Shown here: positions 1 to 6,159 of the stretch, in pieces
How positions within the stretch are numbered: the stretch's first letter is position 1
How the letters are laid out: the number at the start of each line of letters is the position of its first letter
NCBI GenBank assembly: GCA_963728425.1
Contig: CAVSKC010000002.1
Location: 74,806 to 138,805 of the forward strand
Length of the DNA stretch: 64,000 bases
Origin: an uncultured Actinomycetota bacterium
Lineage (GTDB): Bacteria > Actinomycetota > Actinomycetes > JACCUZ01
Reading direction: 5' to 3'
Notes under the pieces: model-generated
What the model saw: only the letters and a program-made list of their open reading frames with translations
What the model was told of the DNA's origin: nothing
The model's database searches: none
Translations under genes and position numbers: made by a program

Positions 1-212
1 TGGTCCTCGGACCACTGGACCTCGACCTGCTCGGCCTGGTGGTGCACCTGGACAAGGTCGTGCTCGACATCACCGCCGTCCCCGGCGCCGGCGCCCTGCT
101 CGGCAACCTGCTCTGCGCCGTGGTCGGCCTGCTCGACGGCACCGGCATCGGCGGCCTGAGCGGCATCCTCACCAACCTGCTCAACGCCATCCTCGGCATC
201 CTGCAGGCGTAA
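1..212 (+). CDS. C-terminal end of a hypothetical Leu/Gly-rich protein (start lies upstream of the window)
   Basis: Frame 3 is open from the window edge to TAA at 210-212. It is absent from the ORF track because it is open-ended. Translation: ...GPLDLDLLGLVVHLDKVVLDITAVPGAGALLGNLLCAVVGLLDGTGIGGLSGILTNLLNAILGILQA. Third codon positions are G/C-rich. It shares a GPxDxxLLGxxVxxD block with the 3129-3614 product. Confidence 0.45.
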   Translation, partial: VLGPLDLDLLGLVVHLDKVVLDITAVPGAGALLGNLLCAVVGLLDGTGIGGLSGILTNLLNAILGILQA

Positions 213-282
213 CCAGCTGCTCGAGACCGCTGGCGCCCCGGCTTCGCGCGGAGCCGGGGCGCCGGCACGTCCTTATCAGCTC

Positions 283-347
283 TCCAGTGAAACGTTCCGC
301 CGGTCGTTCCGGCCGAGCAGCTCGTCGCACGTTTCAGTCGATGGTCC
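283..347. repeat. Diverged third copy of the family-1 hairpin element (TGAAACG...CGTTTCA...TCGAyGTGGTCC)
   Basis: ccagTGAAACGTtccgccggtcgttccggccgagcagctcgtcgcACGTTTCAgTCGAtGGTCC. It has the same termini and right flank as the copies at 56106-56172 and 58448-58514. It sits between two convergent gene ends (212 and 348). Confidence 0.5.
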
Positions 348-635
348 TCACTGTCCGCCGGCGTACCGCCGCTGGGCCATCTCGTGCACGGCCAGCGCCT
401 CGACCAGGAACTCCGACGCGGCGGTGGCGACCTCGGCCAGCTCCTCGGACCGGCTGTCCTGCAGCACGTCGAGGAGGACCTCGTGGTGGATACGGACCAG
501 CTCGAGCAGGCTCACGCCCTCGGCCACCGCCCTGCGGCCGAGCTCGTAGCCGCAGTGCAGCGCCGCCTCGTCCCGACGCGGCAGGTAGCGCAGGAAGGCG
601 GCCCGGTAGTCGCGGCTGGCGGCGTCCAGGGTCAT
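348..635 (-). CDS. Stand-alone RsbU N-terminal-domain-like protein (95 aa, no PP2C domain)
   Basis: This is the C-terminal part of track ORF 348..1814. The ATG at 633-635 overlaps the rsbS stop (ATGA). YRAAFLRYLPRRDEAALHCGYELGRRAVAEGVSLLELVRIHHEVLLDVL...FLVEALAVHEMA follows the helical pattern of the RsbT-binding N domain of B. subtilis RsbU. Confidence 0.6.
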   Translation of the reverse strand: MTLDAASRDYRAAFLRYLPRRDEAALHCGYELGRRAVAEGVSLLELVRIHHEVLLDVLQDSRSEELAEVATAASEFLVEALAVHEMAQRRYAGGQ

Positions 636-1040
636 CGGCGCAGCCCCTGCATCCCGGGCACCCGGCCGCTGCGGCCGACCCGCATGTTGAGGTAGGCCAG
701 ACCCTCCTCGAGATCGAGAGCGGTGGCGACGTCTCCGGTGCCCATGCCCAGCGCCACCATGGCGAAGGCGACGTCGGGCTGGATCCCGACGATGACGGTC
801 AGGGCACCCCGCAGGCGGGCCATCTCCGCGATGGTGCGCAGCGTCCGGGAGCCGAACGAGTCGAGCACGTCCAGAGCCGCGACGTCGATGATCACGCCGC
901 GGGCACGGTGCTGACCGATCTGGTCGACCAGGTCCTGCTTGGAACCGCACCATCTGCGAGTCGTCCAGGGCGGTGTGGATCGACGCGATCAGGTAGCTGC
1001 CCTGTCGCAGGATGGAGACGAGCGCCGGTCCTGAGGTCAC
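632..1040 (-). pseudogene. rsbS: RsbS-type STAS protein, frameshifted as sequenced (one extra base near 938-942)
   Basis: The N-terminus VTSGPALVSILRQGSYLIASIHTALDDSQMVRF is in one frame. ...QDLVDQIGQHRARGVIIDVAALDVLDSFGSRTLRTIAEMARLRGALTVIVGIQPDVAFAMVALGM is in the frame of track ORF 632..895. The length is 409 nt. The GTG at 1038-1040 overlaps the rsbR stop (GTGA). Confidence 0.75.
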
Positions 1041-1942
1041 TGGCTGCCGGCACCGTCCTCCCGGGTCACCGTGTAGCCGAGCAGCCGCTCGGCCTCCTCG
1101 AGCCCGCCCTGCAGGTCCCCGATGGTGTTCATCTTGCTGAGGTCCACGCCGATGGTCACGAGCGTCTGCGCGATCTCCGGCGACAGCCCGGTGATGATCA
1201 CGCTGGCACCCATCAGACGGGACGCGTCGACGGTCTGCACCAGGTGGTTGGCGACCGCCTCGTCGACGTCCGGCGCGCCGGTGATGTCGATGACGACCAC
1301 CTTGGCCCGGTGGGTCCGGATGCCGGCGAGCAGCTGCTCGGTCAGCTGTCGGGCCCGCTCGCTGTCGAGCACGCCGATGATCGGCAGGATCAGCAGCCGC
1401 TCCCGGACCGGCAGCACGGGCGTGGACAGCTCGCGGATCGAGTCCTGCTGCTGCCGGATGACCCGCTCGCGCTCGTCGACGAAGCTGACGGCCACGGTGT
1501 TGGCGATCCGGTTGGCGGCCGGCTCGTACGCGTCGAGCACGCGGTTGAGCAGGGCGAAGTCCTGCTGGTACTTCTCGAACAGCGAACGCGCCAGGACGTC
1601 GCGGAGCAGCAGCACGATGCCGACGACCTCGTGCGTCTCGACACCACGAGGGATGATCCGCTCGGAGAGGTCGCGGGCATAGTGCTGCAGCGCCTCGACG
1701 CTCCCGGTCTCGAGCACCTCGACGTAGTTGTCGTAGACCGAGGTGGTCTCCGCGGCCATCTCCTGCGGGGTCATCGCGTGCAGCAGATGCGCGTCGTGGA
1801 TGCGGCTGGCCCACTCCTGGCGCAGCTTGGTGCGGTGCTCGCGCAGGTGCGCGACGAGCTGCGGCAGCAGCTGGTCCTCGTCCTGGTGGTCGATCGAAGG
1901 GAAGTCCTGGGACACGTCCCTGCTCACGTCGTCCTCGGTCAT
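1037..1942 (-). CDS. rsbR: RsbR-type stressosome sensor (N-terminal globin-like sensor domain plus C-terminal STAS)
   Basis: Track ORF 1037..2185 trimmed to MTEDDVSRD (ATG 1940-1942, overlapping the upstream stop as ATGA). The C-terminus LSTPVLPVRERLLILPIIGVLDSERARQLTEQLLAGIRTHRAKVVVIDITGAPDVDEAVANHLVQTVDASRLMGASVIITGLSPEIAQTLV is a canonical STAS domain. Confidence 0.85.
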   Translation of the reverse strand: MTEDDVSRDVSQDFPSIDHQDEDQLLPQLVAHLREHRTKLRQEWASRIHDAHLLHAMTPQEMAAETTSVYDNYVEVLETGSVEALQHYARDLSERIIPRGVETHEVVGIVLLLRDVLARSLFEKYQQDFALLNRVLDAYEPAANRIANTVAVSFVDERERVIRQQQDSIRELSTPVLPVRERLLILPIIGVLDSERARQLTEQLLAGIRTHRAKVVVIDITGAPDVDEAVANHLVQTVDASRLMGASVIITGLSPEIAQTLVTIGVDLSKMNTIGDLQGGLEEAERLLGYTVTREDGAGSQ

Positions 1943-2369
1943 CGTCGTCCTTCCTGCAGCCATTTGGTCATGGTCACTGTGGTGCCGCGGCCCACCTCGG
2001 ACGCGACCGCGAACTCGTCCATCAGCCTGTCGTGCGCCGGGGAGCCCAAGGCCCAGGCCGTGCGTAGGTGCTGTACCCGTCGGCGAGCGCCTGCTCGACG
2101 TCGGTGATCCCCGGTCCGGTGTCGCGAGCCACCAGCTGAAGTCCCCGCCGTGGCTCGTCCAGCACCTCGACCGTGACCTCGCCACTGCTGGCGAACCGGA
2201 CGATGTTGCGGGCCACCTCGGAGACCGCCGTGGCGATCAGCGTCAGGTCGGTCCCGGCGAAGCCGACCTTGGCCGCGAGCTCGCGCACGGCCTGCCGGGC
2301 GATCACGATGTCGGCGTCGCCACGGATGGGGATGCGCACCTCGTCGTCGCGCTGCTGACCTCGCTCCAT
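1939..2369 (-). pseudogene. rsbT: RsbT-type anti-sigma regulatory Ser/Thr kinase (HATPase), two frameshifts as sequenced (about 2060-2066 and about 2030)
   Basis: MERGQQRDDEVRIPIRGDADIVIARQAVRELAAKVGFAGTDLTLIATAVSEVARNIVRFASSGEVTVEVLDEPRRGLQLVARDTGPGITDVEQALADGYST (frame of ORF 2022..2576). Then GLGLGLPGAR (frame of ORF 1037..2185). Then RLMDEFAVASEVGRGTTVTMTKWL (frame of ORF 1939..3102). Collinear with B. subtilis RsbT. Confidence 0.75.
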
Positions 2370-3039
2370 CAGCGGCTGGCTCAGCTGTGCGCAGAGGTCG
2401 CACTCCAGCAGGTGCCTCGCGGCGTCCACCTCGCGCTGACGACGTCGGTCCCCGCCGGAGATCGCCAGCAGCACCGGATCGGCAGCGGTCCGTGGGCGGC
2501 TCGGTGTGCTCCAGCGCGAGCAGGTACTCGACCCGCAGCCGGGCCCGGGTCCGGTTGAGCTGAGCCGCCACGGCACCTGGCGACGAGCCCAGCTCGGCCG
2601 CCAGCGACTGGGTGTCCTGACCGGCGACCTCGTGGGCCACCAGGGTCTCGCGCTCGCGCTGGCTGAGGCGGCCCAGCGCCGCGGCTACAGCCGCCTGCTC
2701 CTCCTGGGCCAGCAGGTCCTCGTCCGGCATCGGGGCCGGTCGGAGGTCGACGACTCGGTGCTGGTTGCGTCGGTGCCGGTCCTTCTCCACCCACATCGTC
2801 GCGATCACGTTGCGTGCCGTCACGATTGCGTACGGTTCCAGCATCCCCGGCTCGATCCGCTCGGCCGCAGCGAGGACGCGCACCAGCGTCTCCTGAACGA
2901 GGTCGTCCGCGGCCGCCTGGTCGCCGACCCGCGCTGCCACGATGCGCCGCAGCATGGGGATCAGGGCGGCGACGTCGGCCTCGTGCCCGGGCGGGCCAGC
3001 AGCCAGTCCGCCAGACGGATCCACGCTCACGGCCCTCAC
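2370..3039 (-). pseudogene. ECF-type sigma-70 family factor with Cys-rich C-terminal tail; one frameshift (about 2478) and no stop codon before rsbT
   Basis: The N-terminal part of track ORF 1939..3102 carries region 2 (DDLVQETLVRVLAAAERIEPGMLEPYAIVTARNVIATMW) and region 4 (LSQRERETLVAHEVAGQDTQSLAAELGSSPGAVAAQLNRTRARLR). The GTG at 3037-3039 is preceded by AGAAAGG. The tail ...TDRCR|PVLLAISGGDRRRQREVDAARHLLECDLCAQLSQPL continues in the rsbT frame. Confidence 0.7.
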
Positions 3040-3128
3040 GGTCGCCTTTCTCGCGTCATGTCGGTCGGGTGAAGAGGTCTTCAGGGGTGACAGGCACCGC
3101 ATCCGCTATACCCGCCGGAGGCCCTCTC

Positions 3129-3614
3129 ATGACCGTCCTTCCCTTCCGTGTTCGTCCCGCCGCTCGTGCGGGGGCGGCTGGGCCGTCCGTGACCGCCGCG
3201 GTGACGGGGACGTTCTGGTCACCGCAGGGGCCGGCCGGCACCTTCACCGGCACCTACCGGCTGGAGCGGCTTCTGGACCAGTACGGGCAGACGGCCGCTG
3301 CCGGTGTCTTCACCGGCGAGCTGGCCGGTGCCGGTGGCGAGCACCTCGGGATGGCCAGCCGCCGCCACACGGCGGCCGCGGACCTGGACACCGCCCCGGA
3401 CGCGTTCCTGGCCCGGATCGGGCCGGTGGACGTCAACCTCCTCGGCTTCCTCGTGACCGTGGACGAGTTCACCGTCAGCGTCCCCCGCGCCCTGCCGGAG
3501 CCGTCGACGGCGCACCTGCCCGCCACCGCCGGCGAGCTGCTCGACCAGGTGGTGTCGGCGGCCGGTGCCGGGCGCGCCTCCGATGCGGCAGCTCGAGAAG
3601 CCGGGACGAGGTAG
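3129..3614 (+). CDS. Hypothetical protein
   Basis: The ATG at 3129 has GGAGG 8 nt upstream (part of track ORF 2814..3614). It is divergent from the sigma gene. It contains GPVDVNLLGFLVTVDEFTVSV, which resembles the motif in the 1-212 product. Confidence 0.55.
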   Translation: MTVLPFRVRPAARAGAAGPSVTAAVTGTFWSPQGPAGTFTGTYRLERLLDQYGQTAAAGVFTGELAGAGGEHLGMASRRHTAAADLDTAPDAFLARIGPVDVNLLGFLVTVDEFTVSVPRALPEPSTAHLPATAGELLDQVVSAAGAGRASDAAAREAGTR

Positions 3615-3618
3615 CCGG

Positions 3619-3741
3619 ATGTTCTACCTGGTGCTGATCAGCCCGCTCGTCGTCCTGGGTTTCCTGCTCGTGATGCAGCTCTTCGAGGCCTGGGTGTTCG
3701 GCGACGACGACCGGCCGCGGGTCACCAGAGTTGGCCGCTAG
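3619..3741 (+). CDS. Possible 40-aa single-TM peptide
   Basis: Unlisted ORF MFYLVLISPLVVLGFLLVMQLFEAWVFGDDDRPRVTRVGR. GAGG lies 7 nt upstream of the ATG, and the ORF starts 5 nt after the previous stop. Confidence 0.3.
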   Translation: MFYLVLISPLVVLGFLLVMQLFEAWVFGDDDRPRVTRVGR

Positions 3742-4208
3742 CCGAAGCCACCCTCGAGGGCCATTACGAGCTGGTGCCGCCACGAGTTCACCTGTGCGGC
3801 CGTCCGGCGGCTGTGACAGTTGGCGCACCGCACGTCGCACTTCTGGATCTCGGCGAGGATGGACTTCCAGGACAAGGCGCCGCCGAGCAGATACGCCACG
3901 TTGGCCGTCTTGGTCGAGCGGTCCCGGTGGTCGAACTGCAGGCACCGAATGTCCCGCTCGCCGCAGTCGACGCACGGGTGCGTCGCGAAGTAGGCAGCGA
4001 TCTGGACGCGGAGCTCCTGCCGGTAGGCGATGTTGCGTCGAGCGACGTTGGCGATGTGATCGGCCCGGTGCTTGAGATACCAGTCGCGGCAGCACTCACG
4101 ACATCGAGACTGCAGCCCGTCCGCGGCGGCGGTTCGTACGTTGAACTCGGACAACAGCCGCATCTTCTTGCAGGTGTTGCACCGCTTCTGGCCGTCCATG
4201 GCGGGCAC
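3738..4208 (-). CDS. HNH endonuclease family protein
   Basis: Track ORF, 156 aa. It has Cys pairs (CNTCK, CRECC, CVDCG) and an FDHRD...CANCH core typical of the HNH/zinc-ribbon fold. Its start lies 41 nt from the 3' end of tRNA-Lys. Confidence 0.7.
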   Translation of the reverse strand: MPAMDGQKRCNTCKKMRLLSEFNVRTAAADGLQSRCRECCRDWYLKHRADHIANVARRNIAYRQELRVQIAAYFATHPCVDCGERDIRCLQFDHRDRSTKTANVAYLLGGALSWKSILAEIQKCDVRCANCHSRRTAAQVNSWRHQLVMALEGGFG

Positions 4209-4248
4209 TCAAGCACCCAGCCTGGACACAACTTCTGACCACGATCGG

Positions 4249-4323
4249 TGGGCCCCGTGGGGCTCGAACCCACGCTGATGACGGATTAAAAGTCCGCTGC
4301 TCTACCAACTGAGCTAGAGGCCC
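4249..4323 (-). tRNA. tRNA-Lys (anticodon TTT)
   Basis: Reverse complement: GGGCCTCTAGCTCAGTTGGTAGAGCAGCGGACTTTTAATCCGTCATCAGCGTGGGTTCGAGCCCCACGGGGCCCA. Acceptor, D, anticodon (loop CTTTTAA) and T arms (GTGGG/TTCGAGC/CCCAC) all fold. The variable region is unusually long, 7 nt. Confidence 0.9.
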
Positions 4324-4462
4324 GGGTTATGGACAACCCATGGCGCAAGGATAGGCACAAGGCAAGGAACAACTACCTCGGGGCGCACGTCCGCTTCCAT
4401 TCTGGACCGTCCTGGTCGTCACCTCGGTGGCAACTAGCCGCAATTTGGCGACCTTGGTCTCT

Positions 4463-4524
4463 TCAACCAGATGGTTGACAAGCGGGTTAGCCGACCCTAG
4501 GCTCCGTTATCAACCAAACGGTTG
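4463..4524 (+). promoter_or_regulatory. Promoter with two CAACC-N4-GGTTG operator palindromes upstream of the ArsR-family gene
   Basis: tCAACCagatGGTTGa at 4463-4478 overlaps a TTGACA (4475-4480). A 17-nt spacer separates it from TAGGCT (4498-4503). The second palindrome CAACCaaacGGTTG is at 4511-4524. Confidence 0.5.
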
Positions 4525-4539
4525 CAGAAGGTGGACGCC

Positions 4540-4881
4540 ATGGCCGACCAGCTGTCCCGGGTCTTCGCGGCACTGGCCGACCCGACCCGCCGCGACATCG
4601 TCGCCCGGCTCACGGTCGACGACGCGACGGTGGGCGAGCTGGCGGCGCCGTACCACGTGACGGTGCAGGCGGTGTCCAAGCATCTCAAGGTGCTGGAGGA
4701 CGCCGGGCTGGTGTCGCGCAGTCGCGACGCCCAGCGCCGGCCGGTCCATCTCGAGGCGGAGGTGTTCGACCTGATGACCGCGTGGATCGAGCGGTACCGC
4801 CGCCGGGCCGAGGAGCGGTTCCAGCGCCTCGACGCGCTGCTGGCCCGCATGGACGACGAGCAGGAACGAGGAGCCTCATGA
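4540..4881 (+). CDS. ArsR/SmtB family transcriptional regulator
   Basis: Track ORF 4522..4881. MADQLSRVFAALADPTRRDIVARLTVDDATVGELAAPYHVTVQAVSKHLKVLEDAGLV is the classic ArsR winged HTH. Confidence 0.85.
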   Translation: MADQLSRVFAALADPTRRDIVARLTVDDATVGELAAPYHVTVQAVSKHLKVLEDAGLVSRSRDAQRRPVHLEAEVFDLMTAWIERYRRRAEERFQRLDALLARMDDEQERGAS

Positions 4882-5381
4882 CCACCACCGAGAGCACGAC
4901 CAGCCGCGAGGCGCAGATCGTGGCCGACCCGGACATCCCCGTCATCACCATCACCCGGGAGTTCGACGCACCCGCCGACCGCGTCTTCCGCGCCTGGGAG
5001 GACCCCGAGCTGGTCCGGCTCTGGATGGGCCCGCGCTCGGTCGACATGGACATCACGACGTGGGACTGCCGCACCGGCGGCAGCTACCGCTACGCCGCCC
5101 ACCGCGACGGCGAGGAGATCGCCCGGTTCTACGGCTCGTTCCACGAGAGCCGGCCGGGGGAACGGCTCGTCCAGACCTTCACCTACGAGGGCTTCCCGGA
5201 CGGCGTGTGCCTGGAGACCATGACGTTCGAGCCGCTCGAGGGCCAGCGCAGCCGAATCGTCAGCGTCTCCGTCGTCGACTCGATGGAGGCGCAGCGGGCG
5301 ATGCTGGCCAGCGGCATGGAGGTCGGTATCAACGAAGGCTACGAGAAGCTCGACGAGCTGCTCGCCGCGGGCCGAGCCTGA
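4878..5381 (+). CDS. SRPBCC / AHSA1 (Aha1-like) domain protein
   Basis: The ATG at 4878 overlaps the arsR-family stop (ATGA). ITREFDAPADRVFRAWEDPELVRLWMGP...GGSYRY...F.E....ERLV.TF.YEG. This is the usual partner of ArsR-family regulators. Confidence 0.8.
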   Translation: MTTTESTTSREAQIVADPDIPVITITREFDAPADRVFRAWEDPELVRLWMGPRSVDMDITTWDCRTGGSYRYAAHRDGEEIARFYGSFHESRPGERLVQTFTYEGFPDGVCLETMTFEPLEGQRSRIVSVSVVDSMEAQRAMLASGMEVGINEGYEKLDELLAAGRA

Positions 5382-5386
5382 GCGGC

Positions 5387-5935
5387 ATGGATCCCGCCGA
5401 GGAGCACCGCTGGGTCGCGGCCGGGTTCACCGAGCGCGTCACGGGCGCCGTCGACTGGGACGCCCCCGCACCGGTGGAGGGGTGGGTCGCGCGTGACGTC
5501 GTCCGCCACCTCGTCGAGTGGTTCCCGTCATTCCTCGAGGCCGGCGCCGGCGTCGTCCTCGCGCGCGGGCCGTCGGTCGACGACGACCCTGTCACCGCGT
5601 GGCGGGTCCACGCCGACGCCGTCCAGGCACTGCTCGACGATCCCGGTACGCCGTCGAAGGTACTGACCGACCGCCACATCGGCGAGGTGCCGCTCGACCG
5701 GGCGGTCGACCAGTTCTACACCTCTGACGTCTTCATGCACACGTGGGACCTCGCCCGCGCGACCGGCCAGGACGAGACCCTCGACCCCACTAAGTGCGGC
5801 GAGCTGCTCGCCGGCATGGAGCCGATCGACGACCTCCTACGGCAGAGCGGTCAGTACGGCGCCAAGGTCGACGTCCCGCCGGACTCCGACGTGCAGACGC
5901 GGATGCTCGCCTTCATCGGCCGCAACCCGCTCTGA
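5387..5935 (+). CDS. DinB-superfamily / mycothiol maleylpyruvate isomerase N-terminal-like (TIGR03086-type) protein
   Basis: ATG at 5387 in the frame of track ORF 5060..5935. MDPAEEHRWVAAGFTERVTGAVDWDAPAPVEGWVARDVVRHLVEW...HTWDLARATGQDETLD. Confidence 0.7.
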   Translation: MDPAEEHRWVAAGFTERVTGAVDWDAPAPVEGWVARDVVRHLVEWFPSFLEAGAGVVLARGPSVDDDPVTAWRVHADAVQALLDDPGTPSKVLTDRHIGEVPLDRAVDQFYTSDVFMHTWDLARATGQDETLDPTKCGELLAGMEPIDDLLRQSGQYGAKVDVPPDSDVQTRMLAFIGRNPL

Positions 5936-6159
5936 CCCTCGCCGGCATTCTGTCGGCGGGCCTGGGACGGGCGGTGGCTCAGCTCTCGCAGATCCAGCAG
6001 TGGCAGGGGCGTCTTCCGCCTCGGCTGTGCCGGAACCGGAACCATGTCACCACGAAGGGCGTCATGCTCCAGATAATCGGCAACTCTGATGACGTGGTTG
6101 AGGGTTCCCGGTGACCAGCGGGTGAGTTCTGGGTGACAGGCTGCCGCTGAGTTCAGGCG

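Noticed and set aside
287-2107. A 606-aa plus-strand ORF covering the stressosome operon.
   Set aside because: Its translation is an Arg/Pro/Gly/Ala-rich string with no motifs. It lies antisense to clearly recognisable rsbR/rsbS/rsbT genes, which is typical of stop-free alternative frames in about 70% GC DNA. Its first codons are simply the family-1 repeat.
5936-6159. A lower-GC patch between convergent genes, with a minus-frame string PELTRWSPGTLNHVIRVADYLEHDALRGDMV.
   Set aside because: It is too short, has no start or stop context, and I could not recognise a family. It may be a gene remnant, but I cannot support that.
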